From NCBI RefSeq assembly GCF_964204865.1, contig NC_135251.1, positions 26,908,001 through 26,972,000 on the forward strand: 64,000 nucleotides of DNA. Reading direction: 5' to 3'. The notes beneath the pieces are model-generated. The model was given only the letters and a program-made list of their open reading frames with translations. It did no database searches and was not told the origin of the DNA. This stretch comes from Styela clava. Taxonomy: Eukaryota. Shown here piece by piece: positions 38,431-52,000 of this stretch (within the stretch, counting starts at the first letter, position 1; every line of letters starts with the position of its first letter). The position numbers and the translations under genes are program-made.

Positions 38431-41125
38431 CAGTGGAATTCTGTGAATTCATGGAAGCAGAATAAAAAATTTCAAATCAATTGTAAAGTTGGAACGTGAA
38501 TTCCAATCCACTCAACGTTGTTGCAGTGGAGTCCTATTTGCACCCGCACCCGCCTTGAAGAATTATGCGCAATCTCCCAGCTTCTAGTAACTGCACAACC
38601 AAAGTAAAGAGGCAACGAGATCCTTGGAAAACGAGGCTATAATAACCAATACTAAATAGGACCTAACTGATCTAAATTAATATAACAGATTTCACGAAAC
38701 CCGCACCCTTAATGTAAGCTATATCCAAGACAAATCTCAATACTAAACGACACTTTCGCAATCCCACAATGCCGTATAGAACAAAGTATCAGGGAAGCGT
38801 TATCTCAAAACCCGGGGAAAAAATTTCACTCCCTATGTCTTCACTATGGCGCAATAATGAGTCACCGTCAACAGGAAATCAAGATAATAAAGATAGAACA
38901 TAATTCGTCTGGAATTGTTAATATAATAGAGAAATATAAATGGACGAAAGTGTGAGGCGTGCGAGGTCAAATCCAACATCAATTGATCCAGTAGCTGAAG
39001 GGAAAATCGAGTTTTCAACAGCAGCAATAACAACAAGAATACCACTGTCAACAACAACATAACAGTAACACAAGAGACCAATGCTCAAATATATGGACAC
39101 GAAGATCAGAGCAAAGCAGTAGTCTACCTTACCTTTACAGCACGGTATCGTCAAAAACTTCCGACTTTTGTGTAGCAAGAGAATATCGCTAGAGAGGTCG
39201 AAAAATTGCATATATACAAATTTGGAAACATCCCTAAAATGAAAGTAATCATACATGACGAAATTTTGACACGAGCAGTTATGCGCCATGAAATTCAAAT
39301 ATTCCCTTCCAATACAAGACAGTATATTGAACCGAGAAGGAAGAATTTTTTTAAAAATGACTTATATAATATATATATATATGCTCAATGCTACAAATAA
39401 TTTGTATCAATTTTCAAGAGGTCATCACACGAAATTTCGAACTGAAAAAAAACGAATCCTACGAAGAGCAAAGAAATAAAAGTAATAGCCTTTTAGCGAC
39501 GAATACAATCTTTAATCTTCGAAAATTTCAAAATGAGTGATTCAGTAGTTAATGAAAAAATCGATTTTTCTCATACGATTACAACAAGAAGAAAATACCA
39601 ACAAAAACAAGAGAGCAATGCTCAAATATATGGACACGCAGAACAATTCTCCAAAAAATCATATTCGGTGACTTACCAGTACCTGTATAAACAACGCACC
39701 ACATCACAGGAATCAAACAGACAAAAACACGGTGGTCGCAAATTGGTTGACGAAGATATAATCGACGTATTGGAAATGCGCACCCCCCTATTCTCCCTCC
39801 TTTAAATGTAAAAACGCGAAACCTTCAAAGATGGTTAAGAGAAACACAACTCTACCCACCTGCCAAAGTTCATCTTTTTATCTCTTATATTTGTATGGAT
39901 TTTCAAGCTTTTGACAGCTACGAGTTAGTTCAGTGTCACCGCGCTACCAGAACTTCTCTATCTTTGAAAACATTGGGCTTCTAATTGCATTTCTGACCGT
40001 CATATACGGTATTTTAAGAACACGGTTATTTCGAACAAAACTCGTCAAATTATAAACAAGAGAGCTATGCTCAAATATATGGACACGTAGCCATATAACC
40101 CAATAGCGTAACCTAACCCAATAGCAATAGTTTTGATGACGCCATAGCGAAAAAAAAAGTAATAGCCTTCTGGAGAAAAATTTTATCTTTAACCACTGAA
40201 AATTTCAAAGCAATTGGTCCAGTATTCGAAGAGAAAAGCGATTTTTTAATGATAATGACGAAAGAAAATAACAATAACAACAAAATTTTGAAACAATCGT
40301 TATGGCCACTAAACGTGTCCAACAAAGCACCACATCACAGCAAATAAACGGACGAAAACACGGTGGTCGCAAATTAGTTGACAAATACTGACATGACACA
40401 GTATCAGCATTTGCAAAGTTATAACTGTATGATTTAAATATTTATTCAGTTCAAAATTTTGTTAGGTAAGGATACCGGCACTGGTAGTCTATGCCAATTT
40501 TAGTTTTTGTCCAAAGTAGGCAAATCTGGTGAATGAAATTCATTTCACTACCGCTACTAGGCATTCTGACATTTGATATATTCCAGTATTCGGATACCGG
40601 TACAAATTTTGGTTTTCGTCCGAAGTAGCCAAATCTGGTAAAAGAAATTCATTTTACTACCGGTACCAGGCATTCTGACATTTAATATATTCCAGTGTTC
40701 GTCACTTACCGGTACCGGGTAACAGCGTATGGTACCGATGTTAGAACTGAGACAACGCAGTTACCGGTACGGTATTAGGAATAAAATATTTTACATGTTT
40801 CCTGTTTATAATACAATAACTGAATAACCGTATTGGTCTAGTTACGGTCTACATACCGGTACATACTTGGTCTACATACCGGTACTGGTCTACAAGACAT
40901 AGCACAGTCTACAAATATACTGACACCAAGCAAGCAGTCCATGATTTCGAAAAACAAATACCGGTAGCGAAGAGCGTAGCAGTATTTACCTTTGACGCCA
41001 CCGGTACCCACAAAAAATTCCGAGTTTCGCGTAGAAATAATTTACAGAATCAAACCGGACAGCCAGTGTTCCCATGGATAAAATAATACAGCGAAATTTT
41101 AGACGAAATATCAGATGTCTTATAT

Positions 41126-44064
41126 GTCTTACGCTTAATAAAAGAAAATGTGAGTTTTTCAAATCATCTATGGAGTTCTACGGTAATATTTTTGGTGAAC
41201 GTGGAGTGTCTCCTGATCCAAAGAAAATTAAAGCACTCAAAGAAGCTTTCAGACCTACAGATAAATCACAAGTGAAGTATTTGTTAGGCATGGCACAATA
41301 TCTCTCAAGATTCATTAAAGATTTAGCAATTCTTGTGAAGCCGCTGAGGGAATTGACAAAAAAAAATTCTGATTTCATCTGGAGTGATGAATGTGAAAGT
41401 GCCTGGCTGAAGTTGAAAGAAAATCTAACAAGTGACACGGTTATGTCATATTTTGATCCTGATCTAAAGACTGAATTAATTGTAGATGGATCGCCATTCG
41501 GAATAGGAGCAATTTTGACACAAAAAAGCTCAAAAAGTGGAAAAGTACAAGTTGTTGCTTATGCATCAAGAAGTCTTGATGATGTTGAAACTCGTTACTC
41601 TCAAATCGAACGTGAAGCACTGGCTGTTCGTTGGGGAGTTGAACACTTTCACTTGTACCTATATGGAATGAATTTCAATGTTATCACTGACCACAGACCA
41701 TTGGTTAGTATATTTTCAAATGTTACTGCAAAGCCTTCTCCAAGAATAGAAAGATGGTGTTTACGACTACAGCAATATGATTTTGTTGTGATATACAGAC
41801 CTGGAGCGAATAATCCAGCAGATTATTTGTCACGCCATCCATCGAAAGCAGAGAATAACTGTGATCTGAAAATTGCAGAAGAATTTCTGAACTATGTGTG
41901 TGAAAGTGCTTGTCCAAAAGCGATCACACTAAAAGAAATAGAAGAAGAGACTTTCAATACCCTATGATGCAAAATGTAAAAAAATGCATTGTTTCTGGAA
42001 AATGGCAAGATTATCGAAACTGTGAAGAAATGCGAAATTTTGAAAGTTTATCTAGTGAATTGAGCATAACTGAACAAGGCATAATTCTTCGTGGACATCG
42101 TATAGTAGTTCCTGTGAAGATGAGAAAGCAAATGGTCTCCATAGCACATGAGGGACATCAAGGAGTTGCTAAAACAAAAGCATTGATTAGAGCAAAGTTG
42201 TGGTTTCCTAATATTGACTCAATGGTGGAAAACTACATAAAAAATTGCCCAGCTTGTGCCGCTGTTACAAAAGATGAAAGATTCCAACCTTTACGAATGA
42301 GTAAATTGCCAAGAGCTGTTTGGAAATCTCTTAGTGCTGATTTCTGTGGACCGTATCGTAGTGGTGAATATCTCTTGGTAGTCATTGACAACTACTCAAG
42401 ATTTCCTGTAGTTGAACTCGTAAAATCGACATCAGCTCGTAGCGTGATTCCAATCTTTGACAAAATGCTCAAGCCAGATAATGGAACACCGTTTCAAAGT
42501 CACGAATTTAAAAGATTCATGGACTACTGTGGAATTCATCATCAGAAAATAACTCCGTTATGGCCAAGAGGAAATGCCCAAGCTGAAAATTTCATGAAAC
42601 CACTAAATAAAGCAATCAAAACTGCTACAGTTGAAGGAAAATCATGGAAACAAGAATTGTATAAATTTCTAAGAAATTACAGAGCGACTCCACATGTAAC
42701 AACACATAAAGCTCCTGCTGAACTGCTTTATGGAAGAAATATTAAAGTTTTATTTCCTGAAGTAATAAAAGTTGCAGATGATAAAGAATTGCGAGAATGT
42801 GATTCGAAACAGAAAACCATACAGAAAAGGTATGCTGATAAGAGACTTTGCACAAGACCTGCTTCTCAACTGCATATTGGTGACATGGTGTTGGTTCGAC
42901 AAAGAAGATATAACAAGTTAACTCCAGCATATAACCCAGAGCCTATGACTGTTGTTGCTGTGAAGGGAAGTATGGTTACTGCAAGAAGTCCTGGTTTGGG
43001 TAACAAAACCAGAAATATATCTCAGTTTAAAAAGGTGAATGATCGACAATTTCAGACTCATGTTCCTGAAATATCAGATGAAATGGAAGTGGCTGCTGAT
43101 ATAATTCCTGAGGCATCAAATGAATCTGATTCTCCAGCTGATGAGCAGATTTCATCTAGTTTCTCAAATAATCAACCTCATAACGAGATAGTGGCTCATC
43201 GCAAATCAAAGCGTTCAATCAAACTGCCTAAACGCTCCAGAGATTATAAATTGTATAAATGAACATTTATTTCAAGGACTGTACTGAGAAAACATAAATA
43301 ATATGGACTGTTTAGCAATATCAAGCTTGGTGACTTACTAATACTAACACTATTTTTGAAACTATGATATCAAGCTTGATCAAACATGAATAGACTGTAT
43401 ATAAACATTACCAAGCTGTGTAAAAGAAATGAACTGTGATTGTGTTACACTTACAAAAGGGGTGTAGTCAATTAATGATAAATTGTTATGTATAAAGTTG
43501 ATTATGCCTGAATTTTGATTGTTATAATTTCATTACTTTGTGAAGTGAATTTCATTGTAGTGTGTTAACTTTTCAATATCACAGTACTATATTTCATTTT
43601 TAAGTTTATTGCATGATACTTAAGTGTGCTTGATAACTATTTCAGACAAATATTTCATGAATGGAAATTTTAGGTTAGCCAAGTACTATCTAGTGTCATA
43701 ACATATTGCTTATACTTGATTTACATTTGTGACAGCTATGTGTGAAATGTTCTACAGCTATGTGTGAAATGTTCTACTAGATTATGCATATTCCCAAGTG
43801 AAATTTAATGTGATAAATTCCAGATTTAAGTTAGGGAGGGATGTAATGTCCATGGAATACTGCTATATTATATGTCTTATATTTGGTCTATGACGTAATA
43901 ATATGAGGACATCTAGTGATCTAGTTTAGGCCATATGACAGAACATTCTAGAACTACTCTCGGTGAGCGACGGACGTATGTTGTATTTCTATTTACTTTC
44001 ATGCAATATATTCTGTGAACAATTGAAGCCTGTGTTACTTGGATTCAAGACCTTGAATATTACA
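41126..44064 (+). mobile_element. Duplicated 3' half of the Gypsy element (end of RT, RNase H, integrase 41910-43262, LTR 43842-44064)
   Basis: Copy of 34297-37235. Confidence 0.95.
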
Positions 44065-44233
44065 GTAATCATATTTGAAGAAATTGTACGGTATGAAGAT
44101 GATTTGTACCTGAGATGTCAGTTAACGGTTAAAATAAATCGTAACCGTTAACCATCTGAAATCGGTTAACCGGTTAACCATTCCCACTCCCCAGCCCTAG
44201 AGAAACAAAATGAATAATCATCAATGAGGTATT

Positions 44234-45807
44234 TTAATCAAGTTCAAGTGAACATATCTTCCAAACATCACGCATGAAGGTAGATTTAGAGGTTCGTACC
44301 TTCACCTTACGCACAATGCCTAGTTTATCGGGATAAACCTCATCCACAACAGCCATTGGCCAAGTACCACAGTGAAGTATGTCATCACACATAAGTACTA
44401 AGTTACCAGGCTTTAGGTTAGGGGAGGGATGAAACCACTTTGAGCGTTTCTGAAGCAGAGGTAAATATTCCCTAGTAAATCTCTGCCAAAATATATCCAA
44501 CAACCGCTGGACATGACTATAGCCCTGTCTATACTCATCATCTCGCAGAAAAACATCAGGGGGTAGATCAGGATCTAATTTACTTAGTAAAATAGAGTTA
44601 GGTGACAGGGCATGGAGGTCTCTGGGATCATTACTTACTCGGGTAAGGGGTCTGTCATTTAAGAGACCAAAGTGAATAATCTGTTAATGGTTTATCATCG
44701 AGCATATTCCTCAGAATCTTCTTAACTTCTCTGATCAATCTTTCAACAACTCCATTCTGGTGACTCGCAAGAGGTGGTGAAAAATGCCATTGAATTCCCT
44801 TTTGTGCAAGAGCATTGTCAATTTGTTTCTTATTCCAATTTGTAATTCCATCCTTGAGTGCTTTACTCCCAGCAATAAAATTCGTACCATTGTCAGAGTA
44901 CATGTGAGCTGGTCTTGCACGTCGCGAGACAAAACGAAAAAAGCTTGTAAAAATGCAGAGGTATCCAAACTTTCTGCAACCTCCAGATGAATTGCTCGAG
45001 TAGAAAGACAAGTGAATATAACTCGGTAACGCTTATGTTCGTTTCTGCCCAACTTGACCTTTATAGGACGAAAATATTCAACGAAGCTGTGAAAGAATGG
45101 TCTATTCCCTGTACAAAGTCTAACAGCAGGCATATCTGAGATCCATTGTTTACCAGGTCTGGCAGATCGAATCTTGCATGGCAAGACTGAAGATGCAATA
45201 TCCAATACTTTTGTAACAAATAAGCCTGTACTTGATTGCTTCCACAATGTCCATGTTCACAGTGGAATTCTGTGAATTCATGGAAGCAGAATAAAAAATT
45301 TCAAATCAATTGTAAAGTTGGAACGTGAATTCCAATCCACTCAACGTTGTTGCAGTGGAGTCCTATTTGCACCCGCACCCGCCTTGAAGAATTATGCGCA
45401 ATCTCCCAGCTTCTAGTAACTGCACAACCAAAGTAAAGAGGCAACGAGATCCTTGGAAAACGAGGCTATAATAACCAATACTAAATAGGACCTAACTGAT
45501 CTAAATTAATATAACAGATTTCACGAAACCCGCACCCTTAATGTAAGCTATATCCAAGACAAATCTCAATACTAAACGACACTTTCGCAATCCCACAATG
45601 CCGTATAGAACAAAGTATCAGGGAAGCGTTATCTCAAAACCCGGGGAAAAAATTTCACTCCCTATGTCTTCACTATGGCGCAATAATGAGTCACCGTCAA
45701 CAGGAAATCAAGATAATAAAGATAGAACATAATTCGTCTGGAATTGTTAATATAATAGAGAAATATAAATGGACGAAAGTGTGAGGCGTGCGAGGTCAAA
45801 TCCAACA
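44234..45807 (-). mobile_element. Duplicated BEL/Pao integrase remnant and LTR
   Basis: Copy of 37405-38978. Confidence 0.9.
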
Positions 45808-47974
45808 TCAATTGATCCAGTAGCTGAAGGGAAAATCGAGTTTTCAACAGCAGCAATAACAACAAGAATACCACTGTCAACAACAACATAACAGTAACAC
45901 AAGAGACCAATGCTCAAATATATGGACACGAAGATCAGAGCAAAGCAGTAGTCTACCTTACCTTTACAGCACGGTATCGTCAAAAACTTCCGACTTTTGT
46001 GTAGCAAGAGAATATCGCTAGAGAGGTCGAAAAATTGCATATATACAAATTTGGAAACATCCCTAAAATGAAAGTAATCATACATGACGAAATTTTGACA
46101 CGAGCAGTTATGCGCCATGAAATTCAAATATTCCCTTCCAATACAAGACAGTATATTGAACCGAGAAGGAAGAATTTTTTTAAAAATGACTTATATAATA
46201 TATATATATATGCTCAATGCTACAAATAATTTGTATCAATTTTCAAGAGGTCATCACACGAAATTTCGAACTGAAAAAAAACGAATCCTACGAAGAGCAA
46301 AGAAATAAAAGTAATAGCCTTTTAGCGACGAATACAATCTTTAATCTTCGAAAATTTCAAAATGAGTGATTCAGTAGTTAATGAAAAAATCGATTTTTCT
46401 CATACGATTACAACAAGAAGAAAATACCAACAAAAACAAGAGAGCAATGCTCAAATATATGGACACGCAGAACAATTCTCCAAAAAATCATATTCGGTGA
46501 CTTACCAGTACCTGTATAAACAACGCACCACATCACAGGAATCAAACAGACAAAAACACGGTGGTCGCAAATTGGTTGACGAAGATATAATCGACGTATT
46601 GGAAATGCGCACCCCCCTATTCTCCCTCCTTTAAATGTAAAAACGCGAAACCTTCAAAGATGGTTAAGAGAAACACAACTCTACCCACCTGCCAAAGTTC
46701 ATCTTTTTATCTCTTATATTTGTATGGATTTTCAAGCTTTTGACAGCTACGAGTTAGTTCAGTGTCACCGCGCTACCAGAACTTCTCTATCTTTGAAAAC
46801 ATTGGGCTTCTAATTGCATTTCTGACCGTCATATACGGTATTTTAAGAACACGGTTATTTCGAACAAAACTCGTCAAATTATAAACAAGAGAGCTATGCT
46901 CAAATATATGGACACGTAGCCATATAACCCAATAGCGTAACCTAACCCAATAGCAATAGTTTTGATGACGCCATAGCGAAAAAAAAAGTAATAGCCTTCT
47001 GGAGAAAAATTTTATCTTTAACCACTGAAAATTTCAAAGCAATTGGTCCAGTATTCGAAGAGAAAAGCGATTTTTTAATGATAATGACGAAAGAAAATAA
47101 CAATAACAACAAAATTTTGAAACAATCGTTATGGCCACTAAACGTGTCCAACAAAGCACCACATCACAGCAAATAAACGGACGAAAACACGGTGGTCGCA
47201 AATTAGTTGACAAATACTGACATGACACAGTATCAGCATTTGCAAAGTTATAACTGTATGATTTAAATATTTATTCAGTTCAAAATTTTGTTAGGTAAGG
47301 ATACCGGCACTGGTAGTCTATGCCAATTTTAGTTTTTGTCCAAAGTAGGCAAATCTGGTGAATGAAATTCATTTCACTACCGCTACTAGGCATTCTGACA
47401 TTTGATATATTCCAGTATTCGGATACCGGTACAAATTTTGGTTTTCGTCCGAAGTAGCCAAATCTGGTAAAAGAAATTCATTTTACTACCGGTACCAGGC
47501 ATTCTGACATTTAATATATTCCAGTGTTCGTCACTTACCGGTACCGGGTAACAGCGTATGGTACCGATGTTAGAACTGAGACAACGCAGTTACCGGTACG
47601 GTATTAGGAATAAAATATTTTACATGTTTCCTGTTTATAATACAATAACTGAATAACCGTATTGGTCTAGTTACGGTCTACATACCGGTACATACTTGGT
47701 CTACATACCGGTACTGGTCTACAAGACATAGCACAGTCTACAAATATACTGACACCAAGCAAGCAGCCCATGATTTCGAAAAACAAATACCGGTAGCGAA
47801 GAGCGTAGCAGTATTTACCTTTGACGCCACCGGTACCCACAAAAAATTCCGAGTTTCGCGTAGAAATAATTTACAGAATCAAACCGGACAGCCAGTGTTC
47901 CCATGGATAAAATAATACAGCGAAATTTTAGACGAAATATCAGATTTCATGCAAAATTTAGAAATAAATAAAAG

Positions 47975-48510
47975 TAATAGCGTTCTGGCAAAAAAATCAA
48001 TCTTTACTCACTGAAAATTTCAAAGCAATTGGTCCAGTATTCGAAGAGAAAAGCGATTTTTTAATGATAATGACGAAAGAAAATAACAATAACAACAAAA
48101 TTTTGAAACGATCGTTATGACCACCAAACGTGTCCAATAAACGTGTCCAACAAGAGAGCTATGCTCAAATATATGGACACGTAGCGCCGCCCAATGGCAA
48201 TCATTTTGATAACGTCGTAGAAAAAAAAAAATAATAGCCTTCTGGAGAAAAATTTTATCTTTGACCATGAAAATTTCAAAGCAATTGGTCCAGTATTCGA
48301 AGAGAAAAGCGATTTTTTAATGATAATGACGAAAGAAAATAACAATAACAACAAAATTTTGAAACGATTGTTATGGCCACTAAACGTGTCCAATACCAAT
48401 AACAACAAAATTTTGAAACGATCGTTATGGCCACTAAACGTATCCAACAACAACTTAACTTCGTGTCCAAAAGCAATCCTTAGGTCCGTTTCGTGTCCAA
48501 CCACGGAAAT
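47975..48510. repeat. Internally repetitive unclassified element, related to 39060-40385 and 45890-47215
   Basis: Recurrent blocks ATGCTCAAATATATGGACACG and TTCAAAGCAATTGGTCCAGTATTCGAAGAGAAAAGCG...AAACGTGTCCAA. Confidence 0.65.
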
Positions 48511-49040
48511 GTTCACTATTTAATATTTGAATCGACGATGACTGTGCCGTGTTACCTGCTAACAAAACTCCGTGATCACATCTCGATCATACGGTGGTCG
48601 GACTACCGGTACTGTGCAGAATTTGATACAATACTTCGTTTTGTCCTCCGTGTTCATGTATTTAAGTATTACTCTCTTGTTATTATTATTATGTTGTTGT
48701 TAGTGTTGGGCACAAATTTTTATTTAGTATATATACATTAATACAATACAATTGTATACATTTTATTATTGAGACACTCTGTAGCCTCTATTGAAAGCGC
48801 AATGATATTATAACACTGGAAATAACACGCCGTATTTTAGGTGGTTGTATCATTTTTCAGTTCAATTTGTCTGGTTCTAGGAATTATCTCTATGTAAAAC
48901 TTTTGTCTGCATATTCTGACTTCGTTATAGTTTCAGATACAGATAGTTTAAGTCAATAACTAGTTCAGTTCTTTGTAATCCTTACATTCAAACAGGCATG
49001 TAAAAGAACCACTCTTCATCCGGAATAGTTTTTTGCTCGA

Positions 49041-52000
49041 CTATTTCGGATCTTTATTTTTCTTGATGGGAAACTCAGGAAAAATGATTTTTTCACCCTC
49101 GCATTCGTACATTAATCTCATAATCTCTATATCCCAAGATGTCGAAGTTCCTTCGGTTGCTGAGAATAAAAGGTCGCCATTGCCCTCTGGAGCCACTACA
49201 TACTGACTATTCGTGGTGGACTGTAAACTAACTCCACCTCCATAGGGATTGAGAGTAAAATTTCTGAAAAATGGAACATTTCAAAAACATTATTTATTAC
49301 AGTAATTAACAATACAACATTTGCAAAACCAATACCTCAAACTTGAAATTTGAACTTAAATTATAGTACATGTTTGGTATAAGTAAGCTTTTATTCAACC
49401 TGTACAATCCACAGAGAAAAAATCTAGAATATCGGTTAGAAACCGAAGACTTATCGGTCGAAGGTTAGGGGATCCCCCAAAACAGTGGTCTTACTCCATA
49501 GTGACACCGTGTGTCCCATCACTAATTAATTAATAACTCGCTAATTATACGACATAATCCATCCAAAATCAATAGGCTTCTGATCCGAGCTATGATGAAT
49601 GCACATGCAAAATTTGGAGCAGATTCAACCTCGTTTTCGTGAGATATCGCATGCATCTGACACACAGACATACAGACAAATACCTATCAACATACTTACC
49701 GATCTTAAGATCGATAAGTAACAACTAAAATATTCGTTTCCACCCTTTTTTAACTGTGATATTATTATATTACATGAGAATTTGTCTCAAAGGCGGTCCA
49801 AGTAGAATGAGAGACGTCTTTTTTCTGTAATACTACAAAGTTAAAATTGTGATTGATTGTTGCAACTTGCAAGATTACCTCACGTCATCTGTAACATTCA
49901 CGTGTACGGAGGGACTAACGGAATTCAAAACCTTTTGCTTAATCTTACAGACTTACACGCATACAAGTTTTTATGCACTGAAAATTCCACATTTATTCAT
50001 AATAAAACCCAAAAGCCTGAAATTGTCATTACTACGTGTATACTCCCATCTTATACTCTATAGCAAAAAGTTACAAGTAAATTAGGTTGTAAGCTAATAA
50101 TTACACTTTTCGATGCAATATATCGTTCACTGTTGTATTACTCACGCTGGCACAGTTCCAAATTGCAGAGTATCATCGGCATTTAAAGATCCAACCGCAA
50201 ACTGAACTTTCCTATCGTCAGTGGTAGATAAAGTCCAGTCCTGATCAGAACTGAGCTGTTGGACTTGAATTTGAGCATTCGCTGTCGCTCCATCACACAA
50301 CCATTTCTGAGAACTGTTCAATTGGTGAACTTGAACAGTGAATTGATCAATTATGCTGGAGAAAATATAAAAACTCTAAATTTTATTCATGTGAAAACAA
50401 TTTTCATCTGTGCCAGTGTTATTTTTTTACGAAATGTCCTGAATGATGTTTGCGCTAATGATAAACCGCATGCTCATCGGCAACAGTTACATAAAATCAC
50501 ATTTCACGTTAATCATTAAAATCGAGCGTGACAGTAAACTCCTTTCGTGAACAAATGATCAGAACCTTCACCATCTTGTCCAATTATGGATCAACTAATT
50601 TGCAGTATAAAAAAAACACACCAGACATGGTCGCGTAGAGTTCCGGTTTCAATTTAAAAACGAAAAACTAAATTTTCCTTTAAATATACATTGTGCAGTG
50701 CAGATGACACACTGCCAAAAATAATAGATTCTTAGACACCAATTGGGTAATTTCAATATTCGAGCACAACTACACAAGGTCTTACTTAAATAAAATAATT
50801 TTAGGCTCTGGACAAATTCGGGCCTTACAAATAGTTAAAAATGAATACTAACGAATCAATCAATTCAAATGATGGAGAAAGGAACCAGTGTATTGCAGAG
50901 GTTGGACTCTCGGTTGTCACCATTTCCAACTTTCCTCCGTTATTATACAGATATCTGTTTGTTGTATTTTCAGCTCGCAGAAACAGCCCGCGTTTAGGTT
51001 GAAGAAGCATCGAAAAATATCTTTAAAAAATAAAACCTGTTAGGTTGTATCGCAATTGATAGTGATATATCGAATGTGAGGAGATAATAGATTGAATACC
51101 AAATACACTGCAGGTTTGACATGCAGACTACAGTCAGTCAAGATCTACATTCAGGGTCGATTTTCTCAATTCGAGGTTGAGAGGCGAAACGAAAAAAACA
51201 TCGTTCATGTTTCACTATCTGGTAATTGTGATACGTAGCTTTTTCTACCGTTGACAGCAGCGTTTATTGGGACATTAGTAATAACAGCATTAGCTACGTA
51301 GATTAGATAATACAGCATATGTATGGTTTGGGTATTTAATTCTCCCATTCAAAAATGGCCCAACGTTTTTGATTTGGCCGTGAAAAGTGTTTGAAAACAG
51401 TAACATACGCTAAGTTATTATCTTAGTAATTGTAGTATAATTCGTATAACAATTTTCTTTCTGGCTGTAGTTCTATTCGGAAAATAAAAGTATTATTCCA
51501 ATGGACTCAGATCAGCTCATTTCCGCAAAATCATTGTATTTGCGTCAGATTAGGCTATTGTTTTGGCAATAGGAATGCGAAACTGCACGATCACGATATT
51601 TGGCATAAAGTAGCGTCTTCGTGTACATGAACCAAACGTTGGGAAACAATATTATAACGAGAATATCGATCGGAGACCAAAGACTTATCGATCGAAAGTT
51701 AGGGAATCCCCCAAAACAGGAACTGCGATTTCGATTCATCCGATCTTACTTCATAGCGAAACCGTGTGTCTCATTACTAATTAATTACTAACTCGCTAAT
51801 TATACGACATAATTCATCCAAAATCAATAGGCTTCTGGTCCGAGATATGCTGAACGCACATGCAAAATTTGGGCAGATTTAACCTCGCTTCCGTGAGATA
51901 TCGCGTGTATCTAACAGACAGACAGACAAACAAACATCAACATACTCACCGATCAAGATCGATAAGTAACAATATTAAATAATTTCAATCATTGGAATGA

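Larger units (their letters stand above)
30713..38978 (-). mobile_element. Internally deleted BEL/Pao LTR retrotransposon (outer host of the nest)
   Basis: Direct repeats at ~30713-31365 and ~38461-38978 begin TGT on the minus strand. A PPT-like GGGGCCGGAAT precedes the 3' LTR. An integrase remnant lies at 37405-38430. The left boundary and TSD are not resolved. Confidence 0.75.
34297..47945. repeat. Near-identical tandem duplication: 34297-41116 and 41126-47945 (6820 bp, offset 6829)
   Basis: All ORFs recur at +6829. A 9-nt filler lies at 41117-41125. One substitution was noticed (40938 T / 47767 C). Confidence 0.97.

Noticed and set aside
38833-40399. Hydrophobic short ORFs (also 45662-48741)
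   Set aside because: They are translations of AAC/AT-rich repeat sequence with no domain or splice support.
41074-41967. 297-aa ORF as a domesticated RNase H gene
   Set aside because: It is a chance fusion across the duplication junction and identical to the Gypsy pol segment.
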